From Thermovirgaceae bacterium (GTDB lineage Bacteria > Synergistota > Synergistia > Synergistales > Thermovirgaceae), in the NCBI GenBank assembly GCA_040767805.1, contig JAXGNU010000006.1, positions 61,621-125,620 of the forward strand: a stretch of DNA of 64,000 bases, given 5' to 3'. The notes under the pieces are model-generated. The model ran no database searches. It was not told the origin of the DNA and saw only the letters and a list, made by a program, of their open reading frames with translations. Of the stretch, positions 32,187 to 42,491 are shown piece by piece. Made by a program: the position numbers and the translations under genes. The number at the start of each line of letters is the position of its first letter. The stretch's first letter is position 1.

Positions 32187-33203
32187 TTATTCAGCCAGTG
32201 AATGGAGACGGACCTCGGTGTAAAGCTCTTCGCCGAGGAGGTCCTTCATTTTGGGCCACACTTCCCTGCGGACCTTGTCGGCGCAGGCTTTGAGTTCCTC
32301 GCTGGTCAGCATGACGATCTCCCAGCCGAAATCCTTCCTCAGGATCTCCCGGTAATCCTCGTCCTCGGTCTCGACCTGGTCCCAGCGCATGGCGGAGGCC
32401 TCGTTGGCGGCCTGCTGCATGATGGCCTGGATGTCCGCAGGAAGTTGGTCCCAGGCCCCCTTGTTTATGACGATCCAGTGCTGCTCGAAGTAGTCGTTGT
32501 ACTGGATCCAGACCTTGTTGACGTCCCGGAAGGACCAGGCCTGGAAGGGAGGCCCTCCCATCTGCCCGTCGACGATGCCCGTCTGGATGCCGCTGTAGAC
32601 CTCGGCGTAGGGGATCGGGGTCGAGATGTACCCCAGCGCCCCGTAGGTCATGGAGCAGGCAGCCAGGGGCATGACCCGGACCTTCATGTTCTTGGGAACG
32701 TTGGGGTCACCGGGGGACGGGGGCATGGACCTCAGGGAGACGCCGGCCATCCCTATGGGGTACACCGCGAGGGGCTGGATGCCGTGGTCGAGCCAGAGGC
32801 CCTTGATGAGCCCGAAGGCCCAACCGCCGGAAGCGTAGGCTTTCTTGGCCTCCTCGATATCGTTGACGACGAAGGGCATGTAGTAGGCGAAGTTCAGCCT
32901 CGGGTCGTACTGGGCGTTGGCGATCTGGAAGCCCATCTCGACGACGCCGCGGGAGATGAGCTCGAAGGTCTCAGTCCAGTCACCGAGCTGGTTGGCTGGG
33001 AAAATATTGATCTTGACCTGGCCCTTGGTTCTCTCGAAGACCTGGTCGGCGAACCAGTGGCCCGTCTTGTCGTAATCGGTGTCCGCCGGGTGGGGGTGAC
33101 CCATCTTGAAGGTCCACTTCGGTGCCGCTGCCGCGGCGGTTCCCATCGAAAGCACCAGGGCCGCCACGAGCACTAACACTAACACTCTCCTCATCTTGAA
33201 CAC
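32187..33203 (-). CDS. dctP: TRAP substrate-binding protein
   Basis: Signal peptide, IFPANQLG, KVRV, YAEVYSGIQTGIVDG. Confidence 0.92.
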   Translation of the reverse strand: MFKMRRVLVLVLVAALVLSMGTAAAAAPKWTFKMGHPHPADTDYDKTGHWFADQVFERTKGQVKINIFPANQLGDWTETFELISRGVVEMGFQIANAQYDPRLNFAYYMPFVVNDIEEAKKAYASGGWAFGLIKGLWLDHGIQPLAVYPIGMAGVSLRSMPPSPGDPNVPKNMKVRVMPLAACSMTYGALGYISTPIPYAEVYSGIQTGIVDGQMGGPPFQAWSFRDVNKVWIQYNDYFEQHWIVINKGAWDQLPADIQAIMQQAANEASAMRWDQVETEDEDYREILRKDFGWEIVMLTSEELKACADKVRREVWPKMKDLLGEELYTEVRLHSLAE

Positions 33204-33347
33204 CTCCTAGAAGGATACAGGAAAAGGTTTCCAAGCCTTTTCACTCTGCGTGCCTCTCACTCTTCAGCTCCTTCAAGCCGGACGCTTGCCCTGCTGAATC
33301 CTGCCACCCCCCTTCGGGTTATGTTTTTGAAAAAAGGCTTCCCATAC

Positions 33348-34649
33348 TTACTGGATCCCCATCACCAGCCGCGGGAGCCACATGGAAAGGCTCGGGATGT
33401 AGGTCGTCAGCAGGATCACCGGCAACTGGGCGAATACCATGAACTTGAGCGCCGGCTTGAAGTACTCGTCTATCGAAGCGCCGCCTATCCTGCCGGCTAG
33501 GTAAAGGATCGGCGCGCAGGGCGGTGTGACGTTGCCCAGCCCGAGGTTGGTCCCCATGATGGCGGCAAAGTGAACGGGGTGGACCCCAATGGCGACCATC
33601 AGCGGAAGGAGGAGCGGGGCCGAGAGCATGGTGCCGCTGAAGTCGTCCATCAGCATCCCTATGATCAGCAGAAAGACGTTCACCAGCAGGAGCAGGACCA
33701 TCTTGTTGTTGGAGATGGTCATCATGAAGTCGGCCAGTTGCTGCGGTATGCGCTGCATGGTGTAGACCTTCGCCAGGATGGACACGAAGAAGAGCATCAG
33801 GACGCAGACCCCCGTCGTGGTCGAGGAGTCCACCAGCGCGCGTCCCAGCACCTTGGGGGTCAATTCCCTATGGACCAGGAAACCCACCAGTATCCCGTAG
33901 AAGACGGCGATGGCCGCCGATTCGGTGGGGGTCGTTATCCCGCCGTAGATGCCGCCCAGGATGATGACGGGCATGAGCAGGCTCCAGATGCCACGCTTCG
34001 TGGCACTGCCTATCAATTGGACCTTCTGGAAGAAGGGCACCTGGGGTTCGACCCGGACGGTCTTTAACCTCTTCACCTCGAACCAGTTGACGACGCACAT
34101 CAGTATTGTGGTCAGTATCCCGGGAATGACCGTCGCCAGGAAGCAGGCCGCCACCGACTGCTGGGTGACCCACGCGTAGAGGATCATCGGGACGCTGGGC
34201 GGTATCAGCTGGCCCAGCACCGATGCGCACCCCACCAGGGCCACCGAATAGTACCGGGGATACCCGAGCTTCTCGAGGCGGGGGATCATTATCCCCCCGA
34301 TGCAGGCTACGGCCGAGGAGCAGGTCCCCGATATGGCCCCGAAGATCGCGCAGGCCACGATGGTGGCCGCCCCCATGCCGCCCCTCATGCGCCCCAGGAA
34401 AGCCTGGGCGAAGTCGGTGAGGCGCTCGGCAATGCCCGAGGAGGACATGAGGGATCCCGCCATGATGAAGAAAGGGACCGAGAGGAGCGTCAGCGAGTTG
34501 AGGGCGTAATAGCCGCCGGGGAGAAGGAAGGAGAAGCTGAAGTCGTAGACGATGCCCATGTATATGGCCGCGGTCATGAAGCAGAACGGGACGGGGAGCC
34601 CCGCGACGATCAGGCCGATCAGGATGGCAAGGTTGATGGCTATCACCAT
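33348..34649 (-). CDS. dctM: TRAP large permease
   Basis: VPFFIMAG, FGAISG, IPPS, TPTESA. Confidence 0.94.
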   Translation of the reverse strand: MVIAINLAILIGLIVAGLPVPFCFMTAAIYMGIVYDFSFSFLLPGGYYALNSLTLLSVPFFIMAGSLMSSSGIAERLTDFAQAFLGRMRGGMGAATIVACAIFGAISGTCSSAVACIGGIMIPRLEKLGYPRYYSVALVGCASVLGQLIPPSVPMILYAWVTQQSVAACFLATVIPGILTTILMCVVNWFEVKRLKTVRVEPQVPFFQKVQLIGSATKRGIWSLLMPVIILGGIYGGITTPTESAAIAVFYGILVGFLVHRELTPKVLGRALVDSSTTTGVCVLMLFFVSILAKVYTMQRIPQQLADFMMTISNNKMVLLLLVNVFLLIIGMLMDDFSGTMLSAPLLLPLMVAIGVHPVHFAAIMGTNLGLGNVTPPCAPILYLAGRIGGASIDEYFKPALKFMVFAQLPVILLTTYIPSLSMWLPRLVMGIQ

Positions 34650-34671
34650 TTTTTACCACCCCCGCTCCTCT

Positions 34672-35250
34672 TCAGTCGCCGCCCCGGTCAGCGGGGCAAA
34701 TGGCCGGGGCGTCCACGGGCTGGCAGGTATCGTCGCCGGGCGCATCGAGGGGGAGCCTCCCGACGGCCTGGAGGGAATAATCGGCCAGTTCAACGCAGAA
34801 ATAAAAGAACATCAGGATGGCCCCCACGAAGATGCTGACCTGGGAGTAGATCATGGGGATCATGAGCGTGGGCGAGAGCTGCCTCTTGGTGTAGCCCCAC
34901 ACGGTGTAGCCCCAGCCCCAGTAGATCATCATCGCCGAGAGGATCACGCAGGCGGCGGAGATCGCCACCTTGACCCATATCAGTTTCCTGGGGTCCTTGA
35001 CGGCGGCCTGCATCAGGTCCGCCTTGATGTGGGACCTGTCGGCGGTGCCCCAGGAGGCCCCCATGAAATAAAGCCAGAAGCCCACCATGGTGGCCAGCTC
35101 CTCGACGCCCATCAAGGGCTTGACAAAGACGTACCTGAGGAGGACCTGGATGAGGACTAGGGCGAGGATGCTTATGGACGTGACGATCATAATGATCTTC
35201 TGCAGGGTGGCGAGGACCCTCCAGAACCTCGTTTCCATTATCGCTAGCAC
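34672..35250 (-). CDS. dctQ: TRAP small permease
   Basis: QVLLRY, EEL, SHIKAD; 4 TM. Confidence 0.9.
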   Translation of the reverse strand: MLAIMETRFWRVLATLQKIIMIVTSISILALVLIQVLLRYVFVKPLMGVEELATMVGFWLYFMGASWGTADRSHIKADLMQAAVKDPRKLIWVKVAISAACVILSAMMIYWGWGYTVWGYTKRQLSPTLMIPMIYSQVSIFVGAILMFFYFCVELADYSLQAVGRLPLDAPGDDTCQPVDAPAICPADRGGD

Positions 35251-35323
35251 GGGCCGGTCCCTCCCTTCGTGAGCAGTAGCAGTTTAAAGAAGAAATTATA
35301 TAAGATGATATCACATGGCCTGT

Positions 35324-36466
35324 TCATAGGCTCAGCTCCTGGGAACTCCTGTCGATGTAGACCCTGGGTACCCTTTTGCTTATCAGCGACGGCGGGACGC
35401 AGATCAGGGTCCCCATCTTTTCGGCGACCTCCTCCAGGGTGATCTCCTCCCCGCCCTGCCTGCCTATGAGGACCACCTCGTCACCCACGGACGCCTCGGG
35501 CACGGCCGTCACGTTCACCATCATCTGGTCCATGCAGATGCGCCCCACGACGGGACAACGGACGCCCCCCACGAGCACATCCGCCCCCTTGTTCCATAAT
35601 TCCCTGTAGTAGCCGTCGGCGTAACCTACGGGCAATTGGGCGATGAGTTCATGCCCAGCCGTCACGTAATCGAGCCCGTAACTGACCCCCGTCCCCGGGG
35701 GGAGTTCGCGGACCAGGCCAAGGGCGGTCTTGAACTCGAAGCAGGGTTTGACGGCGATGGAGCGCTTTACTTCGGGCGTAGGGTACATGCCCGCGATGAT
35801 GTGGCCGGGCCTGACGGCATCGAGGGCCATCTCGGGGGCCTCCAGCGTGGCCGCCGAGTTGCAGCAGTGGCGGACCCGGAACGTTATCCCCCTGGCGGAG
35901 AGTTTATCCAGGTCGTCCAGGAAGCGCCGGTATTGTACCCAGGTGTAGGAGAGGTCCCCCGAATCGGCGAGGGCGAAGTGGGTAAAGACGCCTTCGGCCT
36001 CAACGCCCGGAAGGGCGACGATATCCTCGACGGCCGCAAGGAACTTGTCGGTGGTGAAACCGATGCGCCCCAGGCCGGTGTCGATCTTGATATGCACCAG
36101 GGCTTTTTTGTCCTGCCTCACCGCTTCCGCCGAGAGCGCCCTGGCCATCATCGGGTCGGTAATGGCCGCCCGGATGCCCAGGCGGACGTATTCCCCCGCG
36201 ACGGAATAGGGGGAAGTACCCAGGACGAGGACGGGGCTCGTTATCCCCCCATCCCTCAACTCGATGGCCTCATCGGGGGTCGCCACGGCGAAAAAGTCCG
36301 CGCCGGCTCCCCGAAGCGCCCAGGCCGCCTGGATAACGCCCAGGTTGTAGGCGTTGGCCTTCACCACCGCGATCACCCTGGCGCCCTTGACGTGCTCCCT
36401 TATGAGCCTGTAGTTGTAACGGAGATTATCGAGGCTTACTTCCATCCTAGTGGGCCGCCATCCCAT
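35324..36466 (-). CDS. alr: Alanine racemase family PLP enzyme
   Basis: AVVKANAY, HIKIDTGLGRIG, GYADG, GRICMDQ. Confidence 0.88.
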   Translation of the reverse strand: MGWRPTRMEVSLDNLRYNYRLIREHVKGARVIAVVKANAYNLGVIQAAWALRGAGADFFAVATPDEAIELRDGGITSPVLVLGTSPYSVAGEYVRLGIRAAITDPMMARALSAEAVRQDKKALVHIKIDTGLGRIGFTTDKFLAAVEDIVALPGVEAEGVFTHFALADSGDLSYTWVQYRRFLDDLDKLSARGITFRVRHCCNSAATLEAPEMALDAVRPGHIIAGMYPTPEVKRSIAVKPCFEFKTALGLVRELPPGTGVSYGLDYVTAGHELIAQLPVGYADGYYRELWNKGADVLVGGVRCPVVGRICMDQMMVNVTAVPEASVGDEVVLIGRQGGEEITLEEVAEKMGTLICVPPSLISKRVPRVYIDRSSQELSL

Positions 36467-36508
36467 CGGGACATCCTTCCTTTCTTTTTCAAAGTAAGGG
36501 CAAAGCCC

Positions 36509-37942
36509 TTAACCCAAGCCCGAAAACCTCACGCCCTCCGCCGCCAGGAGCTCCAGCGCTCTTTCCCTGTCGAGCCTGGCGTCCTCGCAAAGGAAATCGA
36601 GGTCGACCCCGGTTATTTCCTTGTCCTCCCCAAGGCTCTTGCAGGCATTCTTGATATAGGAACCCCGCAGCCTGTCCAGGTCCACCTCGGCGGCGGTCAC
36701 CTGCCCGGGTTCCAAAGGGATCACTATGTTCTCCCCGGGCCTTTCCATCGAGGGGTCCCCCCGGAAGACCTCGACGCCCATCTTCCTCGCGAAGGCGATC
36801 TGCGCGTAGGGGTGCTTGCCCGCGCCGGTGTACTCCGTCTCGTTGACGACGATCACCTCGTCCTCGCCCATGGTACGGGCCAGCGCGAAGGCCGCCGCCA
36901 GGGAGGTGTTCCCGGCGGGCCCCCTTTCGAGGCCCTCCAGTTGGGCCAGGGCTTCGGTCATGTAGAAGACCGACCCCTGGGTGACGGTCACGTACCGGTC
37001 CAGGTAGCGGAGCACCCTGGCGGCGTTCCTGGGGACATCGGAGCGGTCGGGCTGGACGGCGAAGGGGATGCCGAACCCCGTATGCCCCGTGGTGAAGGAT
37101 TTGCGGTTGAAATCCCTGTCGGAGGCCATGTGGAGCCCCTCGAGGTTGACGCTGGCGCCGATGATCAGGGTTTCGGGGCTTCCGGCCTTCAGCACACCCC
37201 TGGCGGTACCGGTGGTGAGGCCGCCCCCTGCGTGGGTACTGACGATGGCGTCGGGCGGCCGCCCCGCCAGTTCCCCGGCCTGTTCCACGATCTCCACGCC
37301 GAGGGTCTCGATGCCTGCGATGGAAAAGGGGGTGTAAAGGGAGGCGTTGAAAAAGCCCGTCTCTTCCAGGACCAGCAGGAAGACGTAAAAAAGCTCGGGC
37401 CCGACGGACAGCTGGAGCACCTCGGCACCGTAGGCCTCGCAGGCGCGCCCCTTCTCGGCAATTTCCGGCTGCTCGAAGCCCCGGCTGTCGAATACTTCCT
37501 GGACGATAATGCAGGGCAGATTTTCCCTCGCGGCTTGGCTGGCCACGGCGGCACCGTAGTTACCGCTGGTGGCGGCCGAGACCCCGGGGTAGCCCTTTTC
37601 CAGGGCGCGGTGGACCGAGAGGGAGGCCCTCCGGTCCTTGAAGGAGCGGGCGGGGTTGTTGGCCTCGTCCTTGACGAAGATCCTGGCCCCCCTGCCGGGT
37701 TCGGAGAACTTCCTGGCCAGGGCGGTGAGGTTCTTCAACTCCAGGAGGGGGGTATCGCCGACGTTGGATTTCTTCTGGATCCTTTTTACTTCGTCGAGGG
37801 TGTAGCCGGTCTCTTCCATCAAGCGTTCATAGTCGAAGGCCAGGACTCCGGTGGTAAAAGAACCGTAGTCAATGCCCACGGAACGCCTCATGATCTCGCC
37901 CCTTCGGGCCATAACGGAGGAATAATCTTCAGGCTTTTTCAC
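36509..37942 (-). CDS. ortB: 2-amino-4-oxopentanoate thiolase beta subunit
   Basis: SFKDRRA, ATSGNYGAAVA, TTGHTGFG, ETEYTGAGKHP. Confidence 0.92.
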   Translation of the reverse strand: MKKPEDYSSVMARRGEIMRRSVGIDYGSFTTGVLAFDYERLMEETGYTLDEVKRIQKKSNVGDTPLLELKNLTALARKFSEPGRGARIFVKDEANNPARSFKDRRASLSVHRALEKGYPGVSAATSGNYGAAVASQAARENLPCIIVQEVFDSRGFEQPEIAEKGRACEAYGAEVLQLSVGPELFYVFLLVLEETGFFNASLYTPFSIAGIETLGVEIVEQAGELAGRPPDAIVSTHAGGGLTTGTARGVLKAGSPETLIIGASVNLEGLHMASDRDFNRKSFTTGHTGFGIPFAVQPDRSDVPRNAARVLRYLDRYVTVTQGSVFYMTEALAQLEGLERGPAGNTSLAAAFALARTMGEDEVIVVNETEYTGAGKHPYAQIAFARKMGVEVFRGDPSMERPGENIVIPLEPGQVTAAEVDLDRLRGSYIKNACKSLGEDKEITGVDLDFLCEDARLDRERALELLAAEGVRFSGLG

Positions 37943-38249
37943 GATCGGTCACTTCTCCGCGGAGGATCTTTCTCAATTCAGGGCCCACCGGCCGGAGTTC
38001 CGGCGGCGGCGGGCCGAACCCGATATCGTAGGCCGGCTCCCGTCCGACCAGCCTGCCCCTCAACCTGCGCCCGGCGGGCGTCTCTACGGTGACCTCCTCC
38101 CCGGGCTCGGCGAGATCATCCACGAGGGTGCCCCTGACGGTCATCTCCAGGGGCACCGCCGCCGTATCTGTCGGAACCCGGGGGGCCCGTTCGCCGACCT
38201 CGAGGATCACCCGGTGGACCTGCACCCTGTCTCCTTTTTCGGCCTTGAT
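37929..38249 (-). CDS. ortA: 2-amino-4-oxopentanoate thiolase alpha subunit (start uncertain: ATC38249 or GTG38225)
   Basis: KGDRVQVH..L..GERAP.VP.DT..VPLEM.V.G; adjacent to ortB. Confidence 0.88.
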   Translation of the reverse strand: MKAEKGDRVQVHRVILEVGERAPRVPTDTAAVPLEMTVRGTLVDDLAEPGEEVTVETPAGRRLRGRLVGREPAYDIGFGPPPPELRPVGPELRKILRGEVTDREKA

Positions 38250-38419
38250 GGGAAATCACCCCCTCCTGTAGATGAGTTTTTTCATGGGCTGAATACTTCG
38301 AAAAGTTTGAAGGAATTAAACTATCAGACTAATATACTATACATGTCGTCACCTCGTGTCAAAAGGGATAAACCCATTACAAACCCCTGGACGGATCCGG
38401 AAGGAGGACTTGGAAGGAA

Positions 38420-39409
38420 TTGAAAAAATTTGCCGAAAAAATCGACCTGGCTGTCCTTCCCACACCGATACACCCCGCCGGCAGGCTTTCCTCCCTGCTC
38501 GGGAGCGGGAAAGTGCTGCTGAAAAGGGACGACTTGACCGGCATCGCCCTTTCGGGGAACAAGGTGAGGAAGCTGGAATACTGCGCCGCCGACGCCCTTG
38601 CCCGCGGAGCCGACTTGATCATAACCTGCGGAGGACCCCAGTCAAACCACGCAAGGGCCACCGCGGCCGTGGCGGCCAAACTCGGCCTGGGGTGCCACCT
38701 GGTCCTCAACGGGAGCCCCGGCGCGCCCCCCGACGGCAACCTGTTCCTGGATCTCCTCTTCGGCGCCAGGGTGACCTTCGCACCCGTCCCCGACCTCAGG
38801 GATCAGGACGAGGCCATGGAAGAGGTCGCCGGGGAGTACCGCTCCCGGGGACTGAGGCCTTACACGATACCCCTGGGCGCGTCCGACGCGCTGGGATCAC
38901 TGGGTTACGTAGACGCCATGGGGGAGATCGCCGAACAGGTCGGCCGGTCGGGTCCGGCCCCGGACCGGATCGTCTTCTCCTGCGGCTCCGGCGGGACCCT
39001 TGCGGGGATCGTGGCCGGATGCCTTGTCCACGGGCTGGACTGCAAGGTGACGGCCATGAGCGTGGCCTTCCCCGGATCCTGGCTCGACGGAAAGGTAGCG
39101 GAAGTCTTTTCCGACCTCCGGGAAAGGTTCATCCCCGGCCTGCCCGATCACCGCGGCAAGTACGAAGTCGTCGACGGGTACATCGGCGAGGGCTATGGGA
39201 AGGCCTCCCCCGATCTTATCGACTTCATCAAGGAGGCGGCTTCCCTCGAGGCTGTCCTTTTGGACCCGACCTACACGGGGAAAGCCCTGTTCGGGCTGAA
39301 AAAGGAGATCGAGAGGGGCGGCATCAGCGCTGACGAACGGATCCTTTTCATCCACACCGGCGGGGTCTTCGGCCTGTTCCCCTTCAGGGACAGGTTCCGC
39401 ATGGAATGA
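38420..39409 (+). CDS. D-cysteine desulfhydrase/ACC deaminase family protein
   Basis: KRDDLTG..SGNKVRKLE, QSNHAR, LDPTYTGKA, HTGG. Confidence 0.92.
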   Translation: MKKFAEKIDLAVLPTPIHPAGRLSSLLGSGKVLLKRDDLTGIALSGNKVRKLEYCAADALARGADLIITCGGPQSNHARATAAVAAKLGLGCHLVLNGSPGAPPDGNLFLDLLFGARVTFAPVPDLRDQDEAMEEVAGEYRSRGLRPYTIPLGASDALGSLGYVDAMGEIAEQVGRSGPAPDRIVFSCGSGGTLAGIVAGCLVHGLDCKVTAMSVAFPGSWLDGKVAEVFSDLRERFIPGLPDHRGKYEVVDGYIGEGYGKASPDLIDFIKEAASLEAVLLDPTYTGKALFGLKKEIERGGISADERILFIHTGGVFGLFPFRDRFRME

Positions 39410-39528
39410 GGGGGCGGTAAGCGGCGGGCCAGGCTTTCAAGGATGGAATAAAAAGGTGCCGGGGGCGCGATGACCCCGGCACCTAGCTCCGCCTGTAGCG
39501 CTGCCTTGTATCAGACCGGCGCGGTCCT

Positions 39529-40329
39529 TTACAGGGCCAGCGGGACCACGGCCTTGGGCTCGATGACCCTGAAGGAGAAGGATTCGGCCATGAAGAGCTG
39601 GACCTTGTCGCCCGTGGAGCACTCGAAGCCGATGGAAAAATCCTGTCCCAGGGTGAGCTCGAAGTCGCCTCCCCTGGCGGAGACCAGGAAGCCGCCTTCC
39701 AGTTCCGGCGCGAGGATGATCCCGCCGTCGAAAAGGGAGGTGATCCTCTTCCTGAGGGGGTAACCCTCGCCGGCGACATCGACGGCCTTCCAGAGCTGCG
39801 GCCCGGCGACGAGGGTGTAGGGTCCCTCGATGGAACTCTTCTGGAAGAACACGAGCCCCTCGGAGACCCCGGCCATGATGCTCCTCGGATTTTCAATGGT
39901 GACGGGGATCTGGTGGTCCTCCCCCGCCTGGGCCAGCCCGACGATGCAGCCGGGCTCAAAACCGTTGTAGAGGGCGTTTTCTTCGAAGGAAGCGATCTTT
40001 TCAGCGGCCCTTATCAGGGAGTCCAGTTCGAGGTCCTTGACCCCCCGGGCCACGTTATCGAGCTCCCAGGTGTCCATCTCGAAGAAGGAGCGGGTCTCCA
40101 CGAGGGGCTGTACCACGTGAACCCCCCAGCGCACTTCCTCCCTGCCCTCGCTCGCCGAGACATCGAGCCTGCCCGTGGAGACCACGGCGTGGTCCCACCC
40201 GAAGGGCCCCAGCACGTCCACGAACTTCCTGCCGGAAAGCCTGCTCTTCAGGACTTTGATCGCCTGTTCGTCTATTTCCTGCCAGGCGGCATCGCTTATG
40301 GGGGATATGGAACGCTTCAGGATGTCCAT
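39529..40329 (-). CDS. Family 1 encapsulin shell protein
   Basis: MDILKR..SPI, GRKFVDVLGPFG, GGDFELTLGQDFSIG. Confidence 0.95.
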   Translation of the reverse strand: MDILKRSISPISDAAWQEIDEQAIKVLKSRLSGRKFVDVLGPFGWDHAVVSTGRLDVSASEGREEVRWGVHVVQPLVETRSFFEMDTWELDNVARGVKDLELDSLIRAAEKIASFEENALYNGFEPGCIVGLAQAGEDHQIPVTIENPRSIMAGVSEGLVFFQKSSIEGPYTLVAGPQLWKAVDVAGEGYPLRKRITSLFDGGIILAPELEGGFLVSARGGDFELTLGQDFSIGFECSTGDKVQLFMAESFSFRVIEPKAVVPLAL

Positions 40330-40357
40330 CCTTTTTCCCTCCTTTCCCTTTCGTAGC

Positions 40358-40720
40358 CTATCCCTTGAGGCTTCCTATGCCCAGGCTGCCTCCGGAGGAG
40401 GATCTCTTGGGAGCCTGCTCCCCGGCGACGGCCGCTTCCTCCACTTCCGTGATGGGAGCCTCGGTGAAAAGGAAGGTCCTCAAGGCGTGGTCGAAGGGCG
40501 GCATTTTCCTCCGGAGCCACTCGAGCATCATCGCCGCGTGCTCGATCTCCTCATCCCTGTTGTGAACGACTATGTCCCTGATGGTGCTGTCCTTGGTGGT
40601 GACGGCCCGCTGGTGGTACCAGTCGATGGCCTCGATCTCCTCCTTGAGGCTGTTCAAGGCCCTGCTGATGTCCCTGTCCTCGGCGGCCAGTTCCTCGACC
40701 GGTTCGTGGTAGCCGGACAT
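40358..40720 (-). CDS. Encapsulated ferritin-like protein
   Basis: EEIEAIDWYHQR, HNRDEEIEHAAM; C-terminal cargo peptide GSLGIGSLKG. Confidence 0.95.
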   Translation of the reverse strand: MSGYHEPVEELAAEDRDISRALNSLKEEIEAIDWYHQRAVTTKDSTIRDIVVHNRDEEIEHAAMMLEWLRRKMPPFDHALRTFLFTEAPITEVEEAAVAGEQAPKRSSSGGSLGIGSLKG

Positions 40721-41024
40721 TCTCGTATCCTCCTTTCGGGATCCAGGTTGTAAGGGGGTCCTCGGCCGGGCCCCCGTCTTTCACCGGGTAACATGGTACC
40801 ATCACGGCCCCGGCGGCACAACAGCCGCTTGGAACCCGCAAACCTGGGGGCAGGGCCTTGAATGGAGCGTTCGGGCGCCTCACCGGGAAGGACTCCCCTC
40901 ACCCTTTACGCTTCACCCAACGGCATCCCGCACCGGCGGCCCCGACCTTCATCTTCGCCGCACCCGCAACGGGGTGGGTTTCCTGTTATCATGCTGCTGT
41001 ATCCCGCGATGGAAGGTGAGAAGA

Positions 41025-42125
41025 ATGAAGTGGAAAGAGAAAATGCCGGCGCCCGTGAGGGACAAGACCTTCGCCGAGTACGGTTCTTCCAGGGAAGAGA
41101 GGCCCGTCCTGGTGGACTGCGCCCTGGGGACCAACCCGCTGGGCTCCCCTCCCTGGGCGAAGGAGTACATCAAGTCAGGGAGCCTTCCGGACCCGGGCGG
41201 CTACCCCGGCGACGACCTACCCCTGCGGAAAGCCCTGTCCGACTCCTGGAACGGCGCCTTTTTCCCCGATGAGATCGTCACCGGCACGGGCTCCATCGGC
41301 CTGATCATAAGCCTGGCGGGGGCCTTTTGCGCACCGGGAGCCACGGTCCTGGGCATCGCGCCCCAGTTCCCCGACGGGCCCATGCACTTCCAGTTCGCCG
41401 GGGCGTCCTACCGGTACCTGCCGCTCACACCCCCGGAGTTCGACCTGGATATTTCCCGCCTCCTGGGTGAGATGACCGGCGATGAATCCCTGGTGTATGT
41501 AGACCGCCCCCACAACCCCACGGGGCAGGTCCCTCCCCTGGCCGAGATGGCCCTGCTGGCCGAGGAGTGCCAAAAAGGGGGATCGCTCCTGGTCATCGAC
41601 GAGGCCTACGGCGATTTCCTCCCGCCCGGGGAGTCGGCCCTCAACCTGGCCTCGCCCTCGGTGGTGGTCCTCCGTTCCTTCTCCAAGGGCCGCGGCCTGG
41701 CCGGGCTGCGCGCCGGCTACTGCGTGATCCGCGACGAAGAGGCCAGGAAGTACCTGCGAAAGGTGGCGCCACCCTTCTCGGTCGGCTCCCTGGCGATGGA
41801 GATGGCCAGGGCGTCCCTTCTCGACGCCGATTATGTCGCCCGCTCCAGGGAGATCGTGAGGGAGGTCAAGGCCAGGGTCCTCCAGGTCCTGGAAAGGACC
41901 GGGGGCATCACCGTGGCCGAGACGGACCCGGAAGTGCCCATCCTCCTGGCCACCTGGGTAGAGGGCCCGTTGGACCTCTACGAGGCCCTGATGGAACAGG
42001 GCATCAGGACCGAGCCGGGAACCTGCTTTTCGGGCCTCGGCCCAGAGAGCGTCCGGCTAAGGGTCCCGGCCCCCGGAGAGCTGGAGACTTTTGAAAGACT
42101 CTGGAAGAGGGCCTTTGAAGAATAA
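41025..42125 (+). CDS. Class I/II PLP aminotransferase (HisC-like)
   Basis: PHNPTG, IDEAY, LRSFSK..GLAGLRAGY. Confidence 0.9.
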   Translation: MKWKEKMPAPVRDKTFAEYGSSREERPVLVDCALGTNPLGSPPWAKEYIKSGSLPDPGGYPGDDLPLRKALSDSWNGAFFPDEIVTGTGSIGLIISLAGAFCAPGATVLGIAPQFPDGPMHFQFAGASYRYLPLTPPEFDLDISRLLGEMTGDESLVYVDRPHNPTGQVPPLAEMALLAEECQKGGSLLVIDEAYGDFLPPGESALNLASPSVVVLRSFSKGRGLAGLRAGYCVIRDEEARKYLRKVAPPFSVGSLAMEMARASLLDADYVARSREIVREVKARVLQVLERTGGITVAETDPEVPILLATWVEGPLDLYEALMEQGIRTEPGTCFSGLGPESVRLRVPAPGELETFERLWKRAFEE

Positions 42126-42150
42126 AGGCAACCTTGACCTGGCCCCGCGT

Positions 42151-42383
42151 TTGACAAGGGCAGGCCGCTGGTATAGACTCCCATAGATACTTCGTTTTTT
42201 AATAATCGATCGCCTCGGAGGGAGGGTGACCCGTGCGAAGAATGAATGACTTTTTCGGCTGCTATTTTTACGGCTATTACTTTTACTTCGCCTTGGGGTC
42301 CCCCTCCTGGCGCGGTTGAGCCGTACTCTTCCGCAACGAACCGGGAAAAAGGGACCCCTAAAAAAGGGGTCCCTTTCTTTTTT
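42151..42383 (+). promoter_or_regulatory. Leader cassette 1: promoter plus Tyr/Phe attenuator
   Basis: TTGACA-N17-TAGACT; antiterminator 42295-42358; terminator 42348-42383. Confidence 0.85.
42233..42319 (+). CDS. Leader peptide, Tyr/Phe-rich, 28 aa
   Basis: MRRMNDFFGCYFYGYYFYFALGSPSWRG; GGAGGG RBS. Confidence 0.85.
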   Translation: MRRMNDFFGCYFYGYYFYFALGSPSWRG

Positions 42384-42491
42384 GGGGAGGTGGTGCCAGG
42401 AGAAGGCCAGGAACGAAAGCGCCGGCGGGCATTAAAGGGCCGCCCTGTAACGGGGCGGGCAGACAACCAGACACAGGAGGTGTCGAACGAA

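Noticed and set aside
42246..42491. 82-aa N-terminal extension of transporter A
   Set aside because: Runs through the attenuator and terminator, and is absent from paralog B
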